From the human T2T-CHM13v2.0 reference genome, Homo sapiens: a stretch of 64,000 bases of DNA. The notes beneath the pieces were generated by a model. It saw only the letters and a program-made list of their open reading frames with translations, made no database searches and was not told where the DNA came from. Within the stretch, counting starts at the first letter, position 1, and each line of letters starts with the position of its first letter. Positions 32,330 to 44,891 of this stretch are shown one piece after another. Position numbers and translations under genes: made by a program. The DNA lies in assembly GCF_009914755.1 (NCBI RefSeq), contig NC_060925.1; one strand, written 5' to 3'.

Positions 32330-34871
32330 GAATCTCTTCCTTGGCATCTGGCTCATGATAAGGTTTCAGGTGTCTTGATGGTATCCAAATTGGCTGTTGA
32401 TTTTGGCCTGGAGAAATACAAGCATAACCTCTACCCCAAATTATTATTTTACCTATTTCCCACTTTTTGTTATCGGATCTCTCCACCAAATCAGTTGTTC
32501 TGTTTCTGTCTTTGCAGCTGGTTTCTGTAGATGCTGTTCAGCTGCTGATAACATCTGGCCTTTGGGCAGGCTCAAAAAATTTAAAATTAATAATGCTAGG
32601 TTCAGTTGCATTTGTGGGGTTCCATATTCTCTGTCTCTCCCTTTCTGCTTTTGCAACTGCTGTTTTAGGGAGAGATTCATTCTTTCCACTATGGCTTGTC
32701 CTTGAGAATTGTATGGGATACCAGTAATGTGTTTAATATTCCACATAGAGAAAAATGTAGCTAGAGCTTGGCTAGTATAGCCTGGGGCATTATCTGTTTT
32801 AACAGAAGCCGGAATGCCCATCACTGCAAAACACGATGTTTAACACAGGCAGAAGACTCTCCTGTTTGGCATGTAGCCCAGACAAAGTGAGAAAAGGTGT
32901 CCACACATACATGTACATAAGCTAGTCTCCCAAATGAGGGAACATGTGTGACATCCATTTGCCAAATAGAATTAGGTTCCAGTCCTCAAGGGTTAACTCC
33001 TCCTGTAAAAGATGAGGAATGTACCATTTGGCAAGTTGGGCATTGCTGGACAATAGCTTTAGCTTTTTTCCAGGTAATGCTGTATCTGCATTTGAGACCA
33101 GAGGCATTAACACAGGTTAAATTGTGAAAGTGTCTAGCATTGGATATCGCAGTAGCAACTACGTGATCAGCCATTTGATTCCCTTCAGTCAAAGGTCCTG
33201 GAAGAGGTGTAAGAGCCCTAATGTGAGTGATGTAAAAAGGGTACATTCTACTCCTAACTGCTATTTGCAATTGGGTAAATAAAGTCATCAGTTGTTCATC
33301 TGCATGAAATCATAACAGAATTTTCAATTAACTCTGTGGAGTGAACCATGTATGAAGATTCAGAAATCACATTAATAGGCATATCAAAAGCAGTCAATAC
33401 CTCAATTACAGCTACAAGCCCCGCTTTTTGAGCTGAAGTATAGGGCGTCTGAAAAACTTTACTTTTTGAGCCAGAATAAGAAGCTTTACCATTACTAGAC
33501 CCATCTGTAAAAACATTCTCAGCACCTTCAATTGGTTTAAATTTAGTTACTTTAGGGAGAATCCAATTAGTTAATTTCAAAAACTGAAACAACTTCGTTT
33601 TAGGAAAATGATTATCAAGAATACCCACAAAGTCAGCTAAATGGGTTTGCCAAGTAAGACTATTTATAAAAGCTTACTGTATTTGTGCCTTCCTGAGAGG
33701 GACAATAACTTTTCCAGGATCATATCCATGTAATTTAACAATCCAAGTTCTCCCAATCCCTATCATAGTAGCGATTTGATCTAAATAAGGAGTTAGAGTC
33801 TGTGAAGTAGTATGTGGAAGAAAAAGCCACTCTACTAAGTCCTGTTCTTGGACAATAAAACCAGTAAGTGAATGCTGAGTTGAAAAAATGAGCAAATCTA
33901 GAGTCTTCTCTGGATCTATTCTATCTATTTGAGCTTTATGGACTTGCTTCTCAATCAGTTGTAACTCTGCCTCCGCCTCCTTTGTTAATCTGCTGAGGGC
34001 TAGTGAGACTAGGATTTCCTCTAAGGATAGAAAACAGATTACTCATGGCATAGGTAGGAATGCCTAGAGCAGGTCATATCTAATTAATATCCCCTAGTAA
34101 TTTTTGAAAGTCTAATGTTTTTAGTTGATCCTTACATATGGTTACTTTCTGTGGCACAATAGTAGTGTCATTTACTAAGGTCCCGAAGTAGGAGTAGGGA
34201 GGAGTAGTCTGCATTTTGTCAGGAGCTATAATTAAATCAGCGTGAGAAATTGAATTTTGCAAGTGATCATAACATTGGAGTAATATTTCTCAAGTGGGGG
34301 CAGCACGAAGTATATCATCCATATAGTGAATAATGTAACACTGTGAAAATTTTTTACGCGTAGGTTCAATTGCTTGCCCCACATACGTCTGGCAAATTGT
34401 TGGGCTGTTTGACATGCCCTGTGGCAACACTTTCCAATGATAACGCTTAGCAGGCTGCAGGTTGTTTACTGCAGGAATTGTAAATGCAAACCGTTTACAG
34501 TCTTGCTTAGCTAAAGGGATAGTAAAGAAACAGTCTTTTAAATCTATGACTATTAAAGGCCAGTTTTTTGGAATTATAGCAGGAGAAGGCAATCCTGGCT
34601 GTAATGCTCCCATAGGTTGTATAACTGAATTGATGGCTCTTAAGTCATTTAACATTCTCCATTTACCTGATTTTTTATTAATTATGAAAACTGGAGAATT
34701 CCAAGGGGAAAATGTTGGACCTATGTGCCCATTTTCTAATTGTTCAGCAACTAATTTCTCTAAAGCCTCCAGTTTCTCTTTACTTAGTGGCCATTGTTCT
34801 ATCCAAATTGGCTTATCTGTTATCCATCTTAAAGGTATAGGTTCTGGAGGCTTAACAATGGCTGCCATCAA
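32330..34871 (-). pseudogene. pol: Retroviral pol remnant (RT, RNase H, integrase)
   Basis: [25 protein letters not shown] (34290-34871); RNase H FTDGSS; integrase CPTC, KTDNAPGY, GIPYNSQGQAIVER; split over several frames. Confidence 0.95.
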
Positions 34872-34879
34872 AATGATAT

Positions 34880-35800
34880 CCTAATCTTTGGCGGGAATTT
34901 TGTCTTTCTGCTTGAAGCGGTTCTTTCAAACCTTGCAACTTTTTTCTAGTCCCATACCAGGGACATGCCACATTTCATGCATTGTATGTTGACTTTGAGG
35001 GCTATATAATTGTTCTGGAATTAGAACTTGTGCTCCCCATTGTTGCAATAAATCTCTTCCCCATAAATTTATAGGTACAGAAGTTATAATTGGTTGAATA
35101 GTCACAGGTTGTCCATCACGTATATTTTGCCCTTCACAATGCAAAATATAACTACTTTGATATACTTCAGGGGCTTTATCAACTCTAACTATGTTAAATT
35201 GAGTGGGTTGAATTGGCCACGTGGATGGCCAGTGCTATAGAGAAATGATTGAAATATCTGCTCCTGTATCTACAAAACCTTTAAATTTCTTTCCCTGAAT
35301 AGTTATTTCACAGGTAGGGCATTTATCAGTAATTTGATTTACCCAATAAGCTGCTTTGCCTTGTTTTTCTGTGCTTCCAAATCCTCCTGTTCATTTAATT
35401 TCACTTTTTCCCATTCCCACATACGGCACAATGAGGAGCTATTCTATGCGCTCTCCTCCTGGCTCTGCTTTCCAGGGAACAGAAGTAGATACGACAATTT
35501 GAATTTCCCCATTGTAATCTGAATCAATGACTCCTGTATGTATTTGTACCCCTTTTAAACTTAAACTAGGCCTTCCTAAAAGTAATCCTATTGTCCCCAC
35601 TGGCAAGGGTCCACAGACTCCTGTTGGGACCTTTTGTGGGTGTTCCCCAGGCAGAAGGCTCACAGCTTTTGTGCGGCATAAATCTACTGCAGCACTATTG
35701 GCTGTGACAGGGGACAGACATTGTACAGGGGTGAGGGAATGGCCTGAGCTGGAAGTGCCCCGGTTTAGAACAGGGCCCGGGACGGGCCCCTTGTGGCATT
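34880..35800 (-). pseudogene. pro: Retroviral pro remnant (dUTPase + aspartic protease)
   Basis: dUTPase motif GVIDSDYNGEI (ORF 35439-35663); active site FVDTGADISI at ~35247-35276; INLWGRDLL; frameshifted. Confidence 0.9.
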
Positions 35801-36540
35801 TCCTGAAATCGGGTTCCCTTCTTTATCAAACTTAGAGTGACACTGATTAGCCCAATGTTTTCCTTTTTCACCTTTTGGACATATTTCAGGCTCAGCAGTT
35901 TTCTTTTTTCCCCTATCTGGTGGCCTGACTCACTGATTTTTTTCTACATTCTTTTTTAGTATGACCATGCTTCCCACAGTTAAAACAAGCTCCAGGAAAT
36001 GGAGTATTTCCTTTATCCACTCTCAGTCCTGCCATTGCCTGTGCCAACAAAGTAGCTTTATGCAGATTACCTCCGATACCATCACAGGCCTTGATATAAT
36101 CAACTAAATGTGCTTTCTCGAATTTAAAAGGAAAAGGCTCAAATGTAGCTATAATACTTCCCTGTTGATCAGTGGAGGTATATTCTAACAGGGAACTGCC
36201 AAGCCTCTATATCACCCTCTCGTCTAGCTTGCTGAATTCCTGCCTGAATAGAACTAAGAGTGGTCGCTCAAGGTGCTGCTCAAACAGTCACTGGGGCAAC
36301 TACTTTTCGTCCAGTGTCCTCCGGAAAAGAAAGATCTGGAGTGTCTTTTTCTTCAAAATAATAATGAGGGGGTGCAGAAGGGTAGGGATGGACCTCTCCC
36401 TCCTTTGCCGCTTTAGATTTAGCTGGCAAATAAACCTGGTCTGTAACCTCTTCTGTTACTTCGTTATACAGTCCTTCCTCCTCATTATCAGTGTGAAAAA
36501 GTTCCAAGGTGGAACAAACCACAGCCCACACTTGTCCCAT
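35800..36540 (-). pseudogene. gag: Retroviral gag remnant (most of MA and CA deleted; late domain and NC retained)
   Basis: ORF MGQVWAVV...YPSAPPHY; later QQARREGDIEAWQFPV, DYIKACDGIGG, zinc knuckle CFNCGKHGHTKKEC and a mutated second knuckle; stops present. Confidence 0.9.
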
Positions 36541-36669
36541 TGTTACCCTGACACTTCCGAGCTCCCCTTCTTACTCACCATGGGGATTGCTTTTAGAGTA
36601 CTCGGGTGTCCTCCAGCTAGTTTTCCATTCCAACCATTGCTCCGGTGACCCTTCGACCTGGATTCAAGC

Positions 36670-36687
36670 TCCCACGAATGGACGCCA
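36670..36687 (-). promoter_or_regulatory. Primer-binding site, degenerate tRNA-Lys type
   Basis: TGGCGTCCATTCGTGGGA 2 nt after the 5' LTR, similar to the Lys PBS TGGCGCCCAACGTGGGGC. Confidence 0.8.
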
Positions 36688-36689
36688 CT

Positions 36690-37204
36690 TGCTGAGACCA
36701 GCTCAGTTGGGGAGACCCTAACCCAGCAGCACTAGAGGAATTAAAGACACACACACACAGAAATATAGAGGTGTGAAGTGGGAAATCAGGGGTCTCACAG
36801 CCTTCAGAGCTGAGAGCCCCAAACAGAGATTTACCCACGTATTTATTAACAGCAAGCCAGTAATTAGCACTGTTTCTATAGACATTAAATTAACTAAAAA
36901 TATCCCTTATGGGAAATGAAGGGTTGGGCCAAATTAAAGGAATAAGTTGGGCTAATTAACTGCAGCAGGAGTATGTCCTTAAGACACAGATCACTCATGC
37001 TATTGTTTGTGGCTTAAGAATGCCTTTAAGCGGTTTTCCGCCCTGAGCAGGCCAGGTATTCCTTGCCCTCATTCCCTTAAACCCACAATCTTCCAGCGTG
37101 GGCATTATGGCCATCAGGAACATGTCATAGTGCTGCAGAGATTCTATTTATGGCCAGTTTTGGGGCCAGTTTATGGCCAGATTTTGGGGTGCCTGCTCAC
37201 AACA
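36690..37204 (-). repeat. 5' LTR (MER9)
   Basis: Minus strand begins TGTTGTGAGCAGGC and ends TCTCAGCA; AATAAA on minus strand at 36842-36847; followed by PBS. Confidence 0.95.
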
Positions 37205-37635
37205 CCTGGGCCTGAGAAAACCATTTTACCCAGAGAACTTCACCTGAGAAATTTTTCTTCTCCTGCCTCCATCTTTAGCCAAACCGTCTGGTAGCTTTGC
37301 ACAGAATGGCATTCTTGCAAATGTCATCCATCAGTCCTCTCTGTGGCTGCAGGCCTCACCAAGGGACGGGGTCCTGTGCTTTGAGTCCAAAGACTTCATG
37401 CTCATGAAGATGACAGAGCTTTCCACAGAGTGGGTAGGAAATGGGAATTTGGGTCAAAGTGATTGTCTTAACCTAGACTCTCTAGGAAAAAAAGTCCTTG
37501 AGGCAAAGTTTGTGTGTTAAGGCTTAACCGGGAGGGGCAATACCAAGGCTGCAAGAGGGAAGGAAAAGGAGAGCTGAGGCAGGGAAGGCAGGGGTATTAC
37601 CAAGCTGGGAACAGCTTCACAAGAAAATACACCCT

Positions 37636-37731
37636 GTCCACAGCAATACCACCCTGAACATGCCTGATCTCATCTGATCTCGGAAGCTAAGCAGGGTTTG
37701 ACCTGGTTAGTACTTGGATGGGGGGGATGGG
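37636..37731 (+). pseudogene. 5S rRNA retro-pseudogene, 3'-truncated (~nt 1-90)
   Basis: GTCCACAGCAATACCACCCTGAAC...GATCTCGGAAGCTAAGCAGGG...CTGGTTAGTACTTGGATGGG matches vertebrate 5S rRNA; direct repeat AGAAAATACACCCTG at 37622-37636 and 37732-37746. Confidence 0.95.
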
Positions 37732-38064
37732 AGAAAATACACCCTGCAGCCTTACAGATGGGGCCACATGGACCCATCACACCTCGGAGTGGGAGAGGAG
37801 AGAAAAGGAATGTCTGAAGGCTGTTTGCTGTCTCCTGTCTGTCACTGATCACGGGTCTCTCTGTGGAGCGTTACTACCCCTGAGGTTCTGCTGCCTTGTC
37901 TCCCCGAGTAGACACACCTTGTGCCTGTCTCACTCATTCAGGGTTGGCCTGGCATTGGGCACAAGAGAAACATACAGAAGCCCAGTGTCCTCCCAGGAGT
38001 GAAGTGCAGGGGCGATGGTAGCAGTGGCCAAGGCCGGAGGACGTGTGGGGCCAAGCAGCCTGGA

Positions 38065-38740
38065 TGGTGGGTGGGGTGATGACAGGAAGAGAGAGGGAAT
38101 CATAATAACAGCCTCTCACCTCGTAGAGCACACCAGAGTTTTAAAAATGCTGTGCATTGGTTATTTCCTTGAATTTTCACAAGAATCCTGTTTTGTACAT
38201 ATTATGTTGACCCTCATGAAATTGCCATATTGGCTCAGAGAGGCTTCCTACAAGGAGATAAACTTGCTCCTAAACTTGCTAATCAACTGGGTTTGGTTCA
38301 GTGATAAACAGGGAGTTAGGGGTGAAAAAGGTGGTTACCTTTTTGCCATCCCACTGAAACCCCAGCCCTACCAGACCTCCAAATGCCATTTACAACTTCT
38401 TTCTCTAGGCTGGTGTCTGTACTCAGCAACATATGACAGTAAAAAGAAAAGTCTTTGAGAAGTTGTGGGGGAAAAAATTCAAACTTCTTCACTTTACAAA
38501 CTACCAGACCTCATCTCTCTGCCACGCTCTTAACACTTACTGTGTGTGAGCTTGTGAAAGTCACTTAACTCTCTGAGCCAATATGGCAATTTCATGAGGG
38601 TCAAGGTAATACAACATGGGATTCACGTGAGAGTTGAAGGAAATAACCAATGCACAAGCACCTTTAAAACTCTGCTGTGCTCTACAAAGTGAGAGGCCAT
38701 TATTATGATTCCCCCTTACTTCCTGCCACCCCACCCACCA
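38065..38740. repeat. Inverted duplication: arms 38065-38242 and 38569-38740, 326-nt spacer, partly MIR-derived
   Basis: 38207-38242 is the exact reverse complement of 38569-38604 (36 nt); arms align further outward at roughly 80-85% by eye. Confidence 0.92.
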
Positions 38741-38900
38741 GCCCTCTTGAGATACTTTTGGCTTCTTTCTTGGCCCCTTTTGGGCTCTGACCCTCAGCCG
38801 TGTTTTCAGAAAGTTTTCCACCAGTTTTCTGGCCCCAAATTCAAATCCAATTCTGGCTCCTTTTGCTCCTTGAAGCTCATCTGTCCCTTGAACTACCTAG

Positions 38901-39249
<349 letters not shown>

Positions 39250-40425
39250 TCTACTTTTTAGCTATAATGATTTGCAAGGGCAAAAATTTCACGGTACAAG
39301 GAGCTTTCTTTTGAAACAATGAGTAAGCTCTTCACAAGTACCAACATGTCGGGAACCGTAAACCCTTGTCGCGGGGGAAAAGCTAGTCTAACTGTATCCT
39401 AGAGGCTCTAGGTTCAGGCTGAACGGAAGTACATGTCGGCTCCCTCATGTTGCTAAGCCCCCTTTCCCCTTATCCCCCTTCTCCTCCTTTCCTAGGCAGC
39501 ACCTCATGTTAGCCTCACAATGACCCCGTGAGGTGGGAAGGGCATTTCCATTTTTAAATTAGAAGCAAAGGTTCACAAGACCTGAGAGATTTCCTCCGGG
39601 CCCAGAACAGCCAGTCTGAGGCCAGCTGCAACAAGAAATTGTGTCTTCTAGTTCCAAGTACTTTCTATTCAACACCATTGCCATTCTTTCTGGCTTGTCC
39701 CTGTTCCCTTTATTCTTGGTTTTCATAAGAACTTTTATCTCCAGGGAAAGTGTCCTGCCTTCTGACAGATGCTTGGGTTCTCGGTAACACAATTTGTTTA
39801 ACTCACCGAGAAAGTCAGTCACAGAACCATTCAGCCATCAGGGACTAACCTGAGGCCTTGAGCCCAGTGGAGGCCCAACCCCAAGTTTCCAAGCTGGGTT
39901 GAGGGGGCCTTGGGGTGCTGAGGGCCTGCTCCAGAGTTCAGAGCAGAAGAAAGGGCCAGGGTAGCTCCTCACTTGACCTCCTGTTTTGGAGGTCCCCTTG
40001 TGGTGGGGGTACCTGCATCCCCAGGGGCATAAGGGTCGCACTCAGCACCCACAGGGCTTTCCTTTGGTGAATGCTATTCAGTGGTTTCTGGTTGTCTGAG
40101 GGGCATGTGAGTTGATGAGATTTTGAGAGGGGAACTCGGGGATGGGAGTGGAGTGAGCAGGGGCTGGAGAGGCAGAAAAGGAGACTGTGGAGGGGAACTT
40201 CAGAGGAGGAGATGATGAATGGGATGGAAGGTGGCTGTGTGACATGCATTCATTCACCTTTCCTCATTCCTGTTTCCCCATGCAAGCCTCAGTCAAATTT
40301 ATGTTACTAACAGGTGCATTTGGCGCTAATGGGTAGCAGTGGGAGGTAACTGGTTGGGCTTGAGGTGAAGGTAGGGAGCAGCTGAGTGCTCCCGGTCATA
40401 TGCAGGTCACACACCGCAGATTTCA

Positions 40426-40812
<387 letters not shown>

Positions 40813-41995
40813 TCATTCCTCTTTTAATTCAGATTCAAATTCATTTCTTCTGGTCTGGCTCAAGTTGAGTCCTTGTCAGTGTCCCAAATTTTGAGCCACA
40901 AAATCCAGAGTTGTAGAAAAAGGAGTAGCTGGGGAAGGGAAAAGTCTGTGACCACAGTCAATGGAAATTGTGGACCAAGCATTTCTAGAAAATGAATTAC
41001 ACTGTTACAGAGGCTTGGACTGCAGCCATAGGAAGGGAGCTATTGTTCTGCAGAAAAGTTCGTGAACAATTCCCACTTGGCAAAATGAATGAGAAGGAAA
41101 ATCAGAAATACCTGAGTCTTCCAGTGGTGTAATTTCTAATGCTGATTGACACCAATCTGAAGCAACCGAGAATACTGACAGCAAGGTGGAACAAAAATGC
41201 CATTCACCATGAGCCCAAATGGGTACTGAAGCTGCTAAGCACAGTTTAATCTCCTCAGCCCTGTCCGGTTGCACATATAAATCTGCCTTCTGTCTCTATA
41301 TGTGCCAAGGGGCACTTTCATCTTTGACAACAAGACCAAAGTCCATGCCTATTTTCTCAGCAAGGATCTCCCTGTTTGTGTTAAATCAGTCCCGTGTTGT
41401 TAAGCTAAGGGCATTCTGTGTAGAAACATCTCAGGCATTAAAATTTGTAAAAACCTAACTAGTGTCTGCCCCCTTGCAGGGCCCTGTCTGTAGAAGTAAC
41501 TAGGTCTTATTTATTTATTTATTTTTAAAGAAGTATCATTAGGAAACTTTCATTTTTATCAGCTACCATTTAGATCTCAGGACACATTTTACTTCTCATT
41601 TCATTTGACATATGAGAAAAATGTTGCATGCCAATTGAGCTGTAAGGTGAACTTGACTGTGATAATGGGACACAGCTCAGCAAAGACAGCAAGGTCAGCT
41701 GACTGGTGTTCTGTTTTCTGTACGCATATCCACTGACCTGGTTCGGGATCACCTCTTTGTTCTGCAAAGGACTATCAGATTATCACCAGGGTGGTCCAAG
41801 AGCATCTTCTGTACAATTAACTGGTAAGGACACTAACAAATGTATGTGGAATGAATGGATTCAAAGGGGCAGATGAATATTTGTAATTAATCCCAGACAC
41901 CCAGCTTGGCATTGACCTGTCAGCCTACATTCAAGCATTTTTTTCCTTTTTCCAGAGAGGTCTAGAAATTCTTGGGTGAGTAGGAAAAAGGCTTA

Positions 41996-42379
<384 letters not shown>

Positions 42380-42439
42380 CTAGATATGCCACAGTAAAAA
42401 ACATCCCCCAAATCTTAGGATTTATACAAGTTTATTCAT

Positions 42440-43410
42440 AGCTCACCCTGGTCTGCTTTTGGGTTTGGGTGGCTGCCATCCAGGGCAACTGTCCTTGCGT
42501 GATGACTTAGCATGCCATTCGATCTCACAGCTTTTCTTTATCAACATACCCTTCCCTGATTGCCACAGTAGGGGAAGAGCAATTACATGCTTCCACTTAG
42601 AAGCGACATGTGTCATATTTAATTTGCAAAAGCAAGTCCCATAGCCACACTGAACTCCCAGCAGGTAGGTATACCAGTTATTGATTCCTGTAAAACAAAC
42701 CACCCCAAAACAACACAGTTTATTACTTCTCATGGTTCTATGATTCAGCTGGGCAACTCTTTTTTTTTTTTTTTTTTTCTGAGACAGGGTCTGGCTGTGT
42801 CGCCCAGGCTGGAGTTCAGTGGCCCAATCTCGGCTCACTGAAACCTCTGCCTCCAGGGTTCAAGCAATTATCCTGCCTCAGCTTCCCAAGTAGCTGGGAT
42901 TACAGGTGCCCACCATCACGCATGGCTAATTTTTTGTATTTTTACTAGAGACAGGATTTCACCCTGTTGGCCAGGCTAGTCTCAAACTCCTGACCTCAAG
43001 TGATCCGTCAGCTGGGCAACTCTTTTGCTGGTTTTGCCTGGGCTTACTCATACAGCTCTATGTGGTTGGAGGATTGACTGTGCTGGAAAGTCCAAGATGT
43101 CCTCATTCACATGTGTAGCAATTGTTTCTGGCTGTTGGCTGGGGTGTCTTGGTTCTTCCCCATGTGGCTTCTCATCCTCCAGTGGGCGGTCTCAACTCAC
43201 ATCCTTACATGATGATCTCAGGACAGTGTTCCAAGAGGACAAAGCCAAAAGCTGCTAGATCCTTTGAGTCCAGGCTCCAAAAATTGCACAAAACTGCCAT
43301 ATTTTATTGGTCAAGGCTAGTCACAGGACAGCCCAGATTCAAGGTATGGGGAAATAGTCTCTTAATGGAGGAGTTGCAAATGTTGTCGCCATGTGTTTTA
43401 ATCTATCACA
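42440..43410 (-). mobile_element. MLT1-type MaLR fragments interrupted by a 5'-truncated Alu (-, 42760-43007)
   Basis: MLT1 motifs; Alu flanked by TSD tcagctgggcaactctttt. Confidence 0.8.
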
Positions 43411-43423
43411 GCAGGAACATGTA

Positions 43424-44058
43424 CAGCCAATTCTCATTATGTGTGGTAGTTATGTTTTACAAAGTTGTTATGAACACTGACTTAGAGAATATTGAACCAT
43501 TGCTCCTAAGGGAAATACAGGGTTAGGTTCCTACAAGCCCCTGGACACAACATTTTCATCACCTATTCAATATATAACCTTGTTCTATGTGTGTCTATTT
43601 GAAGACATCTTATTTTTTAAATACATATTGTTGATTTCTTAACATTGAACTCATGGCCAAAAGCACTATAATTCATGCCTAAACAAAGCTTATCTAATAC
43701 CTGTATTTTCTCCATAAGGCACATCACAGACTTTTTGTGCTTATAAACATCAGCATTATAGCATTACATTTGGGAAAAAGTGAAATAACCAGCAGAAAGC
43801 AAAAAAAGTAAAAAGTGTGTCACTAAATAGATCCCCAAAAAGGATACTTGTTTATGATATGAGAACTGAAAAAATAAGGTAAAATATAGCCTTGTTTCAC
43901 TGACAGTTGTTTGTCAGGCAACACAGATTTTTCATCGCTTTGCACATGCCTATGAATGACCAAGAAAGCAACATGAGTATTGATTTGGGAATTACAAATA
44001 AATTTTAACAAGTAGGTGAATTCACAAATACAGAATCCATGAGTAATGAGATCAACTA
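43424..44058 (-). mobile_element. MER82 (TcMar-Tigger DNA element), essentially full length
   Basis: ctcatta.../...taatgag terminal inverted repeats flanked by TA; internal gggaaatacagggttaggttcct matches recalled consensus. Confidence 0.85.
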
Positions 44059-44567
44059 TACATAAAAGAGAGAATCCAGATATTGGTGAACCTAGTACTT
44101 CCTGGCACATCCATTCATGAGAAAACAGGAAGAAGAAATGAACATTTATGGAACACTTCCTATGTGCAGCCCCTGTGCACCTACTAACTCGCTTATCACA
44201 GCAACCCTATGGAGTAGTTAATAATATAACCTTTTTTTATATGTTGCTGGATTCAGTTTGCTAGTATTTTGTTGAGAATTTTTGCTTTTATATTTATGAG
44301 GGATATTGGTCATGTAGTTTTCTTGTGATGTCTTTTTCTGCCTTTGGTATCAGGGCACTACTGTCCTCATAGAATGAATTAGGAGTGTTCCCTTCTCTTC
44401 TGTTTCTTTTTGAAAGAGTTTGTGAAGGATTGTTGCTAATTCTTCTACAAATGTTTGGTAGCATTTACAAATAAAACCATCTGGTCCAGGACTTTTCTTT
44501 GTGGGAAGATTTTTGATTAATAATTCAATCTCTTGTTATAGGTCAAATTAGACTTTCTTTCTCTTTC

Positions 44568-44891
<324 letters not shown>

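Larger units (their letters stand above)
30799..37204 (-). mobile_element. HERV-K(HML-3)-type provirus (HERVK9-int with MER9 LTRs), defective, internally deleted
   Basis: Two near-identical LTRs with TG...CA ends; identical 6-bp flank CCTGGG at 30793-30798 and 37205-37210 (TSD); betaretroviral gag/dUTPase-pro/pol/env remnants between them; LTR resembles the MER9 consensus as I recall it. Confidence 0.95.

Noticed and set aside
34290-34871. Intact reverse transcriptase or replication-competent virus
   Set aside because: ORF ends shortly after YMDD; pol is frameshifted, RNase H and integrase zinc-finger residues are altered, gag and env are deleted
37636-37731. Functional 5S rRNA gene
   Set aside because: Single copy, last ~30 nt missing, several substitutions, flanked by TSDs
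39343-39450. p53 response element
   Set aside because: Only isolated imperfect CATG half-sites more than 13 bp apart
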